Shown: in pieces, positions 10,478 through 20,549 of the stretch
Layout: every line of letters starts with the position of its first letter
How positions within the stretch are numbered: the first letter of the stretch is position 1
Origin: Lachnospiraceae bacterium
GTDB taxonomy: Bacteria > Bacillota > Clostridia > Lachnospirales > Lachnospiraceae
Direction of reading: 5' to 3'
NCBI GenBank assembly: GCA_016288495.1
Contig: JAEEZH010000155.1
Location: 4,804-68,803, forward strand
Length of the DNA stretch: 64,000 nt
Notes under the pieces: model-generated
Told to the model about the DNA's origin: nothing
The model's input: only the letters and a program-made list of their open reading frames with translations
Databases searched by the model: none
Translations under genes and position numbers: made by a program

Positions 10478-11080
10478 ATGAATTTTGATATCAGTCAGTT
10501 AAGCGAAGCAGGTCTGGACATACAGACCGGAATGGGTTACACCGGAGGTGAGGAGAAATATATATCCGCTCTTCAGAGGTTTTTCAGATCTTCCGAAAGT
10601 AATAAGGAAAAAATGGTCTCCTACCTTTCCTCTGATGATCTGGAATCATTTTCCATAACCGTTCACGCCCTAAAGAGTAATTCGAAAATGATAGGAGCCA
10701 TGGAACTGTCATCCATGTTTGAAGCGCTTGAGCTGGCATCGAAAAACAAGGACGGCGCAGCCGTGGAAACGGGGCTTTCCAAGACCATGGAGGAATATGA
10801 AAGGATCCTTAAGGTCCTGGAACCCCTGGGAGAGATGGATACCTTCAGGGCTTCGGATGAGATCGGCGCACAGGAGGCGAAGGAAACTGCAGACGCTCTG
10901 TTGGAAGCATTGGATGATTTCGATGATGATCTGGCCGGGGAGCTTGTAAAAAAAATGTCGGGCTATCCCTTCAGGATCACCCAGAGAGAAAAACTGAAGT
11001 CTGCGGCGGAAAACATAAGCCAGTTTATGTATGAAGAGGCAGCGGAATTGATCCGGGAGATATACCCATGTATTGAGTGA
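10478..11080 (+). CDS. Hpt (histidine phosphotransfer) domain protein
   Basis: It carries the motif HALKSNSKMIGA (H-x-x-K-G/S-x-x-x-x-G of Hpt) in a helical 200-aa protein. It lies between a hybrid kinase and a REC-GGDEF gene. Confidence 0.8.
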   Translation: MNFDISQLSEAGLDIQTGMGYTGGEEKYISALQRFFRSSESNKEKMVSYLSSDDLESFSITVHALKSNSKMIGAMELSSMFEALELASKNKDGAAVETGLSKTMEEYERILKVLEPLGEMDTFRASDEIGAQEAKETADALLEALDDFDDDLAGELVKKMSGYPFRITQREKLKSAAENISQFMYEEAAELIREIYPCIE

Positions 11081-11099
11081 TGTTTTTTGACAGCCGATA

Positions 11100-11268
11100 T
11101 TGTCATTCTGAGTTAAGTATACCTGCTGTCATTCTGAGTTAAGTATACCTGCTGTCATTCTGAGTTAAGTATACCTGCTGTCATTCTGAGGAACGAAGTG
11201 ACGAAGAATCTTGACAGAGTAAAGCATATTGTAAAAAAGATCCTTCGGCTGACGCCTCAGGATGACAG
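11100..11268 (+). repeat. REP/MITE-like element locus 3: three 26-bp tandem half-units plus one full palindromic unit (an extra half-unit lies at 11289-11308)
   Basis: The sequence reads TGTCATTCTGAGTTAAGTATACCTGC x3, then GTCATTCTGAGGAACGAAGTGACGAAGAATCTTGACAG...AAGATCCTTCGGCTGACGCCTCAGGATGACAG. Confidence 0.9.
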
Positions 11269-11323
11269 GTGATATGGTCTTTCCTTGGGAATGAAGCGAA
11301 GAATCTTGTTTAGAGGTTATGAC

Positions 11324-12655
11324 ATGGAAAAAATGAAATACCATGTTGCCGTGGTGGATGATGATGCGCAGAACCTGGCCAATGCAAAGAGCCTTCTTAT
11401 CGAGAACGGAATGCGCGTTACCTGTCTTACTTCGGGACGTGATCTGCTTAAATTTATAAAGAAAAAAACACCGGATCTCATCCTCCTTGACGTGATGATG
11501 CCTGAAATGGATGGCTTTGAGGCTTTGAGCGCCCTTCGGAAATATGAGGAAGAGAACCAGAAAAGTATGGTACCGGTCATATTCCTGACGGGAGACAGTG
11601 ACAGCAGTACGGAGCAAAAGGGACTCATGGCCGGGGCCTCCGACTTTGTTCGCAAGCCCTTTAACAGGGATATCCTTGTGAGGCGTATCAAAAATACAGT
11701 GGCCTATAACCGGACTGTGGAGACCCTGACCCAGGAAGCTACCATTGATAAACTTACAGGTTTTCTGAATAAAGCCAGCGGTACCAAAAAGGTTTCGTCC
11801 ATGTGCGCAAGGGACGGCGGCGTGATGATGATCCTTGACCTTGATAATTTTAAGCTGGTGAATGATCTGTACGGCCATGATATGGGCGATAAGGTGCTCA
11901 TGGCCTTTTCAAAGATAGTAAGGCAGAGCATCAGAAAAGACGATGTGGCCTGCAGGATAGGCGGAGACGAATTTCTGACCTTTATACTGGGCCCCGGTGA
12001 CCGGACTGTGGTGGAGTCCCTGACAAAAAGGTTTAACGAAAGCCTGATAAAAGAAGCCCGTGAGCTTATGGGGGAGAGCTTTGATATACCCTTGGGTATA
12101 TCCGTGGGAGCCGTTATGATCCCGGAGATGGGAAGAGATTACGGGACGCTTTTTTCCTATGCCGACGCCTCTCTCTACAGGGTAAAGAAAAACGGCAAGC
12201 ATGGATTTGAGATATATGATCCCGCTTCCTTTGCCGAAGAAAAAAACGATGATATCGAAAGTGATTTTGCAAGACTTCTTCGTATAGTGGAGGAGAGGAA
12301 TTCCGGAGACGGTGCGCAGATACTGGGAAAGGATGCGTTCATTGCGACATACCGTTATATACTGAGAAGCCTTAAGCGTTACAAGAGGGTGGCGGTCCGG
12401 ATCCTGTTTTCCCTGTCTGCCTGTGAGGATGATGAAGCGTTCACTCAGAAGGCAGCGGCCTTTGCCCGTGTGCTCCATAAGAATCTTCGAAAAAGCGATA
12501 TCATCCTTCATAACAGGACAGGGCAGTTTTTTGTACTCATGCCTGAGCTCGCGGAGGAGAATGCGGAAAAGGTCATAGCACGTATCCTGAAAACAGCTGC
12601 AAAACCCGAAAACTGCGGTGATGTCGAAGTGAGCTTCGTCATGGACAGTATTTGA
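11324..12655 (+). CDS. Response regulator with a GGDEF output (diguanylate cyclase) and a C-terminal uncharacterised domain
   Basis: The REC domain reads VAVVDDDAQN...LILLDVMMPEMDG...KP, and the GGDEF domain has RIGGDEFLTF. The start was moved to ATG 11324 (MEKMKYHV) because the upstream part of the ORF is repeat-element sequence. Confidence 0.9.
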   Translation: MEKMKYHVAVVDDDAQNLANAKSLLIENGMRVTCLTSGRDLLKFIKKKTPDLILLDVMMPEMDGFEALSALRKYEEENQKSMVPVIFLTGDSDSSTEQKGLMAGASDFVRKPFNRDILVRRIKNTVAYNRTVETLTQEATIDKLTGFLNKASGTKKVSSMCARDGGVMMILDLDNFKLVNDLYGHDMGDKVLMAFSKIVRQSIRKDDVACRIGGDEFLTFILGPGDRTVVESLTKRFNESLIKEARELMGESFDIPLGISVGAVMIPEMGRDYGTLFSYADASLYRVKKNGKHGFEIYDPASFAEEKNDDIESDFARLLRIVEERNSGDGAQILGKDAFIATYRYILRSLKRYKRVAVRILFSLSACEDDEAFTQKAAAFARVLHKNLRKSDIILHNRTGQFFVLMPELAEENAEKVIARILKTAAKPENCGDVEVSFVMDSI

Positions 12656-12657
12656 AT

Positions 12658-12947
12658 TGTGTGTATTTCACATTGTCATCCTGAGCGAAGCGAAGGATCT
12701 TGACAGAGTAAAGCAGATCATGAAAAAGATCCTTCGGCTAAAGCCTCAGGATGACCGTTGGATAAAATTATGAATAAAAAACTGATTTCGGCAATTTTCA
12801 TATGTGTGCATTTCACATTGTCATCCTGAGCGAAGCGAAGGATCTTGACAGAGTAAAGCAGATCATGAAAAAGATCCTTCGGCTAAAGCCTCAGGATGAC
12901 CGTTGGATAAAATTATGAATAAAAAACTGATTTCGGCAATTTTCATA
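12658..12947 (+). repeat. Tandem duplication, 2 x 145 bp (12658-12802 and 12803-12947). Each copy holds one full REP-like palindrome plus the RBS and first 11 codons of the M15 peptidase gene
   Basis: The two copies are identical by eye apart from a two-base difference in the first eight bases of each copy (TGTGTGTA vs TGTGTGCA). The landmarks CATTGTCATCC (12671/12816) and ATGAATAAAAAACTG (12770/12915) are both offset by 145. Confidence 0.95.
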
Positions 12948-13871
12948 TTATTTATGCTGTCGCTGACAGCCTGCGTAAATGACGCTGATTCCACCCGATC
13001 CGGTACGACAAAGCCCGGGGGTGCAGATATATCCGGCTCTTCGTCGGATGTGTCCGGCACAGGGCAGACCAAAGCAGAGCAGACATCCACAGCTCAATTT
13101 ATATCAGAACAGGGGGCTGAGGATCAGCCGGCCATGGTCATTGACGATGCTCTTCAGACAGATGCAGGAAAGACAGCGGATGCTTTTCTTACTCAGGACG
13201 TGGTAAAAGGGAACGAAGAGTCCGACACCATAGTGACCGAAGAAAATGACAGCTCGCAAACAAGTCTTGAGGATTTTTATATAAGCGAGATCACCGACGA
13301 TATTTTCCAGCGGATCAAGGGTAAGTCCTTTAAGGATGACTGTACCCTTCCCCGTGAGGATTTAAGGTATCTTCATGTGCTTCACAAGGATAAGGACGGC
13401 GAGGTACATGAGGGCGAGATGATAGTGAATTATCATATCGCTCAGGATGTGCTTGATATATTAAAGGAGCTGTATGAAAAGGATTATCCCATAGAAAAGA
13501 TAAGGCTGGTGGATGAATACGGCGCCGATGACGAGACATCCATGGAGGACAACAATTCATCTTCATTTAATTTCCGTTTCATTTCTCATACCACAAAGGT
13601 GTCAAAACATGGCCTGGGACTTGCTGTGGATATAAACACTCTCTATAATCCTTATACAAAGGTTGTGGATGGAAAGAGGATAGTGGAGCCTGTTACCGGC
13701 GAGCCCTACCTTGACAGGGAAGCCGATTTTGATTATAAGATAAATAAAGGCGATCTGTGCTATGAGCTTTTTATCGAACATGGCTTTGAGTGGGGCGGAA
13801 ACTGGAAGGACAGGAAGGATTATCAGCATTTTGAGATCCCCACGTCACAGGTAGAGAAGTGGTACCCATAA
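12915..13871 (+). CDS. Secreted lipoprotein, M15-family (LAS-type) D-Ala-D-Ala/L-Ala-D-Glu metallopeptidase
   Basis: It has the lipobox LSLTAC and the motifs SKHGLGLAVDIN and FEWGGNW...YQHFE (H-x6-D ... H zinc ligands of the VanY/M15 fold). Confidence 0.8.
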   Translation: MNKKLISAIFILFMLSLTACVNDADSTRSGTTKPGGADISGSSSDVSGTGQTKAEQTSTAQFISEQGAEDQPAMVIDDALQTDAGKTADAFLTQDVVKGNEESDTIVTEENDSSQTSLEDFYISEITDDIFQRIKGKSFKDDCTLPREDLRYLHVLHKDKDGEVHEGEMIVNYHIAQDVLDILKELYEKDYPIEKIRLVDEYGADDETSMEDNNSSSFNFRFISHTTKVSKHGLGLAVDINTLYNPYTKVVDGKRIVEPVTGEPYLDREADFDYKINKGDLCYELFIEHGFEWGGNWKDRKDYQHFEIPTSQVEKWYP

Positions 13872-13876
13872 TAGAT

Positions 13877-14596
13877 ATGGAACAAGCCAACAACAGTATT
13901 GAAGAAATACAATTCAGGAAATATTCAAAACGTCTCGTCATAAGCGGACTGGCCATGATCATGCTTTCAGTGTGGTCTTTTTTCAGGTTTGGGCTGGAGG
14001 TGTATTCCGAACGAAAGCTTTTGGTAAGGATAATGACCCGGGCGGTAGAACAGACTCCCGACATGACGCTGGATGACGGTTTGTTTCTACTTAAGGTGAT
14101 CCTTGTCTTTCTTTTGATCGCGCTTTTTTTCTCAGTCCTGTTTCATCTGTTCATAGGTATTATGGCTATCCGCGACGGCCTTGGAAAGAAGAGTTTGGCG
14201 ATCTATCTGCTTCTGGTTGTAATGGTGGCACAATCTGCCTTTTATTCCATTGGCGATTTCAATGGCCCGGTGAGTACGCTGTCCCGGCTCACCGAAGGTG
14301 CCGGGGAGGAGGAGACTGAAGAACTATCCGAGGACCTTGAGGACCCGGAGGACTTACTTGATATTGAGGAATCGGAGGATATGCCTGATATTGAAGACGC
14401 GGAAGATCCGGAAGATATGCTTGAAGACGCGGAAGATCCGGAAGACATGTTTGAGGAAACGGAAGATACCATGGTAAATGACGGGGATACAGAGTTTACT
14501 TCAAATATTCTGGATGTGACCACCATTATCATATGCTTTGAAATGCTTTACTGCAGCATCAGGAAGAGGATCCTGAAGGCTAAATTGAAAGGATAG
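13877..14596 (+). CDS. Membrane protein with an acidic repeat-containing loop
   Basis: It has several hydrophobic helices and an EDPEDMLEDAEDPEDMFEE tandem acidic repeat (30-bp DNA repeat near 14390-14450). I recognise no family. Confidence 0.5.
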   Translation: MEQANNSIEEIQFRKYSKRLVISGLAMIMLSVWSFFRFGLEVYSERKLLVRIMTRAVEQTPDMTLDDGLFLLKVILVFLLIALFFSVLFHLFIGIMAIRDGLGKKSLAIYLLLVVMVAQSAFYSIGDFNGPVSTLSRLTEGAGEEETEELSEDLEDPEDLLDIEESEDMPDIEDAEDPEDMLEDAEDPEDMFEETEDTMVNDGDTEFTSNILDVTTIIICFEMLYCSIRKRILKAKLKG

Positions 14597-14598
14597 AT

Positions 14599-15690
14599 AT
14601 GCAACTGGATTTTCATTATTATGCCACATACTGCGCCGCATATCTGGCAGGCTTTGATCATAATGAAAGTGTGGGGATCGCTTATTTTGCCCAGTTTGTG
14701 GACGAGTGCCACGCGGCTCTGTTAAAAAAACTGAACGCGCCGGCAGAAGCTGCCACAACTCAGCTTCAGATGGAATTACTGGATTCCAGGACGGACCTTC
14801 TCGGACTGCAGAATATCACGAGGATCTGGTCCTCTTTTCATTTTTTGCCTGCGGATCTTTATGTGAAGAGAAGAGGGACAAAATTTTATCTGAACAAATA
14901 CAGGCTTATCTGCGGACCTGACGGCGAGCTGTTGAAAAAGACTGTGGAGCTGGCAAAAAACAAAGATCTGCCTTCCGCAGGCCTTGCCATGCATGTGCTG
15001 GCGGACACCTGGGCCCATCGTTATTTTGCCGGGACGCCGTCCCTGGTCATAAATAATACGGACCAGCATTTTTTTGAGCTTTTCCCCGACGGTACGAGAA
15101 AGAAGATAGTTTTCCGGCATAAGACTGGGGCCGATGAACCCGAAAAAGGTCTGTATTCCAACAGCATCTTCCAGAACAGCGAGAATTCCATAATGAATCT
15201 GGGACATGGACGGGCAGGACATCTTCCCGATTACAGCTTCTGTGTATATAAATATCTTCCTGCCTGGGGAGATTACATGGAACTGGTCAAGGATAACCCT
15301 TCGGACTATTGGAATGCGTTCCGTCAGATGATATATGCGCTGAAATATATAAGGGATGATATCCCTGAGTTTGAGACGGGAATATATGATGAAGAAGCCG
15401 TGGCGGGATATGAGGATGAGATAAATGCCATCATTAAAAAAAGACAGGTCGACGCCTCCATGGACTGGCGCTCTTTTGGGGAAAAGCTTTCGGGTGAAAC
15501 GATCCCCGATTTTGACATAAAGCTTTACCAGGAGGAGTATCTGGCAGCGGGCACTGATAAAAAGAAATTCACCTGCCTGGGCCTTTTTTTTGAAGCTGCC
15601 ATGAGACAAAAGCATATGGTGTCCCATGAGATATTTGCTTCAAGAAATCCCCTGGCGGGAATCTTTACGAAAAAACTGTTTGGTAAATAA
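14599..15690 (+). CDS. Hypothetical protein with conserved His/Asp clusters (possible metal-dependent hydrolase fold)
   Basis: This is a 363-aa ORF tightly packed after the previous gene. The motifs DFHYYATY and HVLADTWAHRYF suggest metal ligands. The family was not identified. Confidence 0.45.
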   Translation: MQLDFHYYATYCAAYLAGFDHNESVGIAYFAQFVDECHAALLKKLNAPAEAATTQLQMELLDSRTDLLGLQNITRIWSSFHFLPADLYVKRRGTKFYLNKYRLICGPDGELLKKTVELAKNKDLPSAGLAMHVLADTWAHRYFAGTPSLVINNTDQHFFELFPDGTRKKIVFRHKTGADEPEKGLYSNSIFQNSENSIMNLGHGRAGHLPDYSFCVYKYLPAWGDYMELVKDNPSDYWNAFRQMIYALKYIRDDIPEFETGIYDEEAVAGYEDEINAIIKKRQVDASMDWRSFGEKLSGETIPDFDIKLYQEEYLAAGTDKKKFTCLGLFFEAAMRQKHMVSHEIFASRNPLAGIFTKKLFGK

Positions 15691-15693
15691 AAG

Positions 15694-16227
15694 ATGACGA
15701 GAATCCAAAGAATAAGATCATTCATAGCGGGGCTGTTCATGCTGTTCATCTCCATTCCCTTTGTGATCGACCCATCCGATGGATATGCCTTTATCATGCT
15801 GATGCTGGGATTTGTGTTTACCTTCAAGGGGATCAGGCTGCTCGCATACTATATCACCATGGCCAGATACATGGTGGGAGGCTCCCGTGTTCTGTTTTCG
15901 GGCCTGCTGATCTTTGATTTCGGCCTGTTTACCCTTTTCCTTAATGATATCCCTCATCTGCTTATTCTGCTGTACCTGGCAGTGCTTCATGTGTTTACGG
16001 GGCTCGTGACGACCGTAAATGCGGTGGATACCATGAAACGCGGCTCAAAAAGCTGGAGGCTTAAGCTGAGCATAGGCCTGGTAAATCTCATCGCGGGAAT
16101 ACTGTGCCTGGTGCTCTTAAAGGAAAACATTGCGGTATATATCTATTGCGCCGGAATGGCATATGGTGGTATTATGAGGATTGTCACGGCATTCCGCCGT
16201 AATAAGGAGATTCTGATAATAGAATGA
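15694..16227 (+). CDS. Small polytopic membrane protein (HdeD/DUF308-like)
   Basis: It has six predicted hydrophobic segments. The similarity to HdeD-type repeats is from memory only. Confidence 0.45.
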   Translation: MTRIQRIRSFIAGLFMLFISIPFVIDPSDGYAFIMLMLGFVFTFKGIRLLAYYITMARYMVGGSRVLFSGLLIFDFGLFTLFLNDIPHLLILLYLAVLHVFTGLVTTVNAVDTMKRGSKSWRLKLSIGLVNLIAGILCLVLLKENIAVYIYCAGMAYGGIMRIVTAFRRNKEILIIE

Positions 16228-16268
16228 CTTTATAACAGTAAGACTAAAATGGAAGGAACCGTAAAAAG

Positions 16269-17921
16269 ATGAAAAAGAAGAGCATGTTTTATTTGGCAGC
16301 ATTGGTGATCCTGGTAGTGGTTTTCGCGGCTTTGTCCGTCAAGAATCCGGGACAGGTGGACGCAGAAACCTATGTGCCGGCAGTATATTCCACGGCAGCT
16401 TCGCTGCTTCCGCCCATTATAGCCATCGGGCTGGCCCTGATCACCAAAGAGGTTTATTCGTCTTTGTTCATAGGTATTGTTTCGGGAGCCCTGCTCTATG
16501 CCAACGGGAATTTTGAGCTCATGCTCAATACCATGCTTTTCAATGAAGACGGTGGTATGATATTCAAGCTCGCCGACAGCTGGAATGCGGGTATACTGGT
16601 ATTTCTGGTCATTCTGGGCATCCTGGTGGCTCTCATGAACCGGGTGGGAGGCTCGGCTGCTTTCGGAAAGTGGGCCTCCGAACATATTAAGACCAGGACG
16701 GGAGCCCAGCTTGCCACTGTTGCTCTGGGTGTTCTGATATTTATAGATGACTATTTCAACTGCCTGACGGTAGGCTCCGTTATGAGGCCCGTCACTGACA
16801 GACAAAAGGTTTCCAGGTCAAAGCTGGCCTACCTTATAGATGCCACTGCCGCACCGGTGTGTATCATAGCTCCCGTATCCAGCTGGGCTGCCGCGGTCAC
16901 ATCTTCGGTACCGGATGATTCGAATATCAACGGCTTTGCCATGTTCTTAAAGACCATCCCCTACAATTATTACGCCCTTGCAACCTTGGTGATGATGATC
17001 ACCATGGTGCTTGTGGATTTTGACTTTGGCTCCATGAAGACCCATGAGGATAATGCAAAAGCAGGTGATATCTTCACTACCAAAGCCCGTCCTTATGGGG
17101 ATGTAAAGGAAGAGGCCTTATGGCCTGACGGCAAAGTCATAGATCTGGTATTTCCCGTGGTCATGCTGATAATCTGCTGTATCATAGGAATGGTCTACAC
17201 CGGCGGTTTCTTCTCAGGAGAGAGTTTTGTGGATGCCTTTGCAAATGCGGATGCATCCATGGGTCTGGTGTTTGGTGCCATAGTGACTCTCATAATCACC
17301 TTCTTCTTCTACATGATAAGGGGAGTCCTTGACTTTAAAGGCTTTACGGACTGTATTCCCGAGGGCTTCAGGGCAATGGTGGCACCTATCCTGATCCTGA
17401 CCATGGCCTGGACACTTTCAGGTATGACCGGTCTTCTGGGCGCAAAGTTTTTCGTTCATGATCTGGTGGAGTCCTCGGCGGGGGGATTAAAGATGTTCCT
17501 GCCGGCGCTCATCTTCCTGGTAGCCCTGTTCCTGGCGTTTTCCACAGGAACCAGCTGGGGCACCTTTGCCATCCTGATCCCTATCGTGACCAATGTATTC
17601 GGAGCAGATGCTTCCACCTATGAGATGCTGGTGATCTCCATAGCAGCCTGCCTGGCAGGAGCTGTCTGCGGCGACCACTGTTCGCCCATATCGGACACTA
17701 CCATCATGGCTTCGGCGGGAGCACACTGCGATCATGTGAATCATGTATCCACACAGCTGCCTTATGCGCTGACTGCAGCTGCTGTTTCCTGTGTAGGATA
17801 TCTGTTTGCGGGCATAGTGGGATATAAATTCGAGAATTCGGCGGCAATGATCATGCTGCCAGTGACACTGGTACTGATGGTGGCTGTGGTATTGGTGATG
17901 AAGAAGATGAAAAAGGCCTGA
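16269..17921 (+). CDS. nhaC: Na+/H+ antiporter, NhaC family
   Basis: This is a 550-aa polytopic protein with NhaC-family signatures (DDYFNCLTVGSVMRPVTD, TGTSWGTFAI, CGDHCSPISDTTI). Confidence 0.85.
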   Translation: MKKKSMFYLAALVILVVVFAALSVKNPGQVDAETYVPAVYSTAASLLPPIIAIGLALITKEVYSSLFIGIVSGALLYANGNFELMLNTMLFNEDGGMIFKLADSWNAGILVFLVILGILVALMNRVGGSAAFGKWASEHIKTRTGAQLATVALGVLIFIDDYFNCLTVGSVMRPVTDRQKVSRSKLAYLIDATAAPVCIIAPVSSWAAAVTSSVPDDSNINGFAMFLKTIPYNYYALATLVMMITMVLVDFDFGSMKTHEDNAKAGDIFTTKARPYGDVKEEALWPDGKVIDLVFPVVMLIICCIIGMVYTGGFFSGESFVDAFANADASMGLVFGAIVTLIITFFFYMIRGVLDFKGFTDCIPEGFRAMVAPILILTMAWTLSGMTGLLGAKFFVHDLVESSAGGLKMFLPALIFLVALFLAFSTGTSWGTFAILIPIVTNVFGADASTYEMLVISIAACLAGAVCGDHCSPISDTTIMASAGAHCDHVNHVSTQLPYALTAAAVSCVGYLFAGIVGYKFENSAAMIMLPVTLVLMVAVVLVMKKMKKA

Positions 17922-17929
17922 GATACGGC

Positions 17930-19297
17930 TTAGATCAGCTTGTCGAACTCGGCTAACGGCATGGGCTTATAGAATAAAAATCCCTGGGCGTTGGTACAGC
18001 CGTTGGATACCAGGAAGTCCTGCTGTTGGGGTGTTTCCACTCCCTCAGCTATTACATTGACGTCAAGGTGGGATAGCATGTCCAGCATGGAGGACATGAT
18101 TATCCTGCCTTTTTTGTTGTCCAGATCGCTGAGCATGCCCTTATCGATCTTTATCTCGTCCATATCCCGGCTCTTCAGCATGTTCAGTGAGGAATATCCG
18201 CTTCCGAAATCATCCATGGAAATGGTGAAACCCAGGGAACGCAGATTTTCCATGGTGAGGATTATCTTGTTCTCATCGGATGTGAAGGCGCTCTCCGTAA
18301 GCTCCAGAGGGACATATTCGGGAGCCACGTCGTAGGTCTTAACAAACTGGGTCAGGACCCGGGTCATATCCGGATCGTACACATGCATGCGGGATACATT
18401 GACTGAAATGGGTACCGGCTGTCTGCCTGAGTCTATGACTTTTCTCTGGTATTCAAAGACCTTTTGCCAGATGAAATAATCCACACTGATGATCAGACCG
18501 CTGTCCTCCGCGATGGATATAAATTCGTCCGGGGCGATCAGCCCCTGGGAAGGATGTATCCATCTGGTCAGGGCTTCGCCGCCGATTATCCTGTTCGTGG
18601 ACATGTCTACCTGGGGCTGGATGTAAGGAACTATCTGCTCATTTTCTATGGCTATCAGCAGCTCGCTTTCTATAAGCTTTTCCTTGAGCATATCGGTGCG
18701 CATGCTGTCTTCAAAAAACAGGCAGTCCGCATAATGCTTTCCCTTGATCTCGTGAAGTGCTAGGTTGGCGCAGTCCCTGATATAGGAAATGGAAGGCTGG
18801 CTCTCTTCGGAAGCACAGATGCCGAAGGATATGTTCACATGGTATGCCAGGGGAAGAGCGTTGATCTCGTTTTTTATCCCGGTGGCTATATCCGAAAGCT
18901 CGGATCTGTCCTCATAGGCGGTAAAAAGCACGAAAATATCGGCTCTTGCATGTCCCGCTACAGTGAGAGGACGCTGCTGTACGTGAGCGTTCAGACAATC
19001 GGCTATCTTATGCAATACCATATCTCCGGTCTGTCTGCCGAGGAATTCATTTACTGCTTTAAACTGGGTGATGTCGGACATGATGACGCCGAACTTTTTA
19101 TCGGGATTGGATCTGATGATGTCCGTGCACAGGATATTGAACATACGAAGAACAGGCAGGCCGGTAAGGAGATTGTAATTGGCTGATTCATCCACCCGGC
19201 TGGCCTTGTTTATCTCATAATCATACATCCTCTTTTTTTCGTCATCCGATGACAGGTAAGAGGAATATAATGCATTTTCTCTTATCTTGTTATTCAT
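17930..19297 (-). CDS. c-di-GMP phosphodiesterase: degenerate GGDEF-like domain plus an EAL domain
   Basis: EAL-domain motifs are present (EALTRW, LELTES, DDFGSGYSSLNMLK, KIDK, EGVET, QGFLFYKP). The start was placed at ATG 19297 (MNNKIREN). It is a paralog of 22650-24032. Confidence 0.9.
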   Translation of the reverse strand: MNNKIRENALYSSYLSSDDEKKRMYDYEINKASRVDESANYNLLTGLPVLRMFNILCTDIIRSNPDKKFGVIMSDITQFKAVNEFLGRQTGDMVLHKIADCLNAHVQQRPLTVAGHARADIFVLFTAYEDRSELSDIATGIKNEINALPLAYHVNISFGICASEESQPSISYIRDCANLALHEIKGKHYADCLFFEDSMRTDMLKEKLIESELLIAIENEQIVPYIQPQVDMSTNRIIGGEALTRWIHPSQGLIAPDEFISIAEDSGLIISVDYFIWQKVFEYQRKVIDSGRQPVPISVNVSRMHVYDPDMTRVLTQFVKTYDVAPEYVPLELTESAFTSDENKIILTMENLRSLGFTISMDDFGSGYSSLNMLKSRDMDEIKIDKGMLSDLDNKKGRIIMSSMLDMLSHLDVNVIAEGVETPQQQDFLVSNGCTNAQGFLFYKPMPLAEFDKLI

Positions 19298-19425
19298 GGG
19301 CACCTGCAAAGCTGATTCAAAGAACAGTCTTATTGTACCACAAATATTCTGAATATGAAACTCGACAAAATCAGATAATAGTTTTATAATGTATCTAACT
19401 GTGTTTTCAGGAGAAAAGAGGGATA

Positions 19426-20520
19426 ATGTACGATGTTATTCTGCAGGAAGTCATACAGCTGAATTTTCTTCCGGTCTGTATCATCCTGTTTCTGATCATA
19501 TTTTTGATTTTTAACGATCCCTTTGAGCACAGGCTTACTCTTTTGTTTATGACACCGCTTATCATGGTGCTCATTCTGGTGGTTATAGATAATCTGGATT
19601 ATTATCTGCTGAACATCGGAGATAACAGTAAAGGTCATGTGCTTGTGGCCGTTCTGGGATATAATGACAGGATATTCCTGATGTTGTCATTGATCTTGGT
19701 AGCTTTTCGCAATATCAAGAACAGGCTGCTAAAAAGACTGCTTTTTATTCCCGGGATCGTAAATCTGTTCATCACATTCCTGGCTCTGTTTACCGAGCTG
19801 GTGTTCTGGTACGGACCTCAGGGTGAGCTTCATCGTGGGATGCTCTCATATACTCCCCATGTGGTATCGCTTTTTTACTCGCTGGTACTGTTTGTCTATG
19901 CGCTGTGGATCACTCTTTACGGGCGTGACAACGAAGGAGTCATCATTTTCCTGATGGTCACTCTTTCCATTGCGGGGACGGCGGTGGAGACTTTTTTCCA
20001 ATTGAGGGGCGTGCTGGTGGGCGTCGTCGCCATGGATATCATTTTTTATTATCTGTATATCCATATAGAGCATTACAAGGTGGACGTGCTCACAGGGACT
20101 CTTAACAGAGACAGTTTCCTGGCGGATATAAAGGATCTTTCACCTTCGGATGCGGTGGATGTGATATCCGTGGATATGAACGATCTGAAACTCATAAATG
20201 ATACCAGGGGGCATCTGGCAGGAGACGAGGCCATTAAGGCTGTGGTCATTGAATTAAGGCGCGCCCTGGACAGTTATCTGGGAAAGTGCAGGATCTACAG
20301 AGTGGGCGGAGACGAGTTTGTGATCATCTGCCGCAGGCTGTCCCAGAGTGATCTGGACAGGGTCTTCGACAGATTCGGTCAGATCATAAAAGAATCGGGC
20401 TACAGCTTCGCAGCGGGCAGCGCGCACTGGGGTGAGGGCGAAAGCTTCGATGCAGTCTATGGCAGGGCCGATAAGGAAATGTACAAGGCAAAGGAAAAAT
20501 ATCATCATTTAAGAAAATAA
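19426..20520 (+). CDS. Membrane-anchored diguanylate cyclase (multi-TM N-terminus plus GGDEF)
   Basis: It has six or more hydrophobic helices, then LTGTLNRDSF...RVGGDEFVII. Confidence 0.9.
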   Translation: MYDVILQEVIQLNFLPVCIILFLIIFLIFNDPFEHRLTLLFMTPLIMVLILVVIDNLDYYLLNIGDNSKGHVLVAVLGYNDRIFLMLSLILVAFRNIKNRLLKRLLFIPGIVNLFITFLALFTELVFWYGPQGELHRGMLSYTPHVVSLFYSLVLFVYALWITLYGRDNEGVIIFLMVTLSIAGTAVETFFQLRGVLVGVVAMDIIFYYLYIHIEHYKVDVLTGTLNRDSFLADIKDLSPSDAVDVISVDMNDLKLINDTRGHLAGDEAIKAVVIELRRALDSYLGKCRIYRVGGDEFVIICRRLSQSDLDRVFDRFGQIIKESGYSFAAGSAHWGEGESFDAVYGRADKEMYKAKEKYHHLRK

Positions 20521-20549
20521 CCGTATTATATTTTTTAAGGAGGGATCAT

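Noticed and set aside
11165-12511. Minus-strand ORFs 11165-11878 and 11909-12511
   Set aside because: They are antisense to the REC-GGDEF gene and run across repeat-element sequence.
14776-15627. 283-aa minus-strand ORF
   Set aside because: It is antisense to ORF 14599-15690, which is in operon-like register with its neighbours. The antisense product is Arg/His-rich low-complexity sequence.
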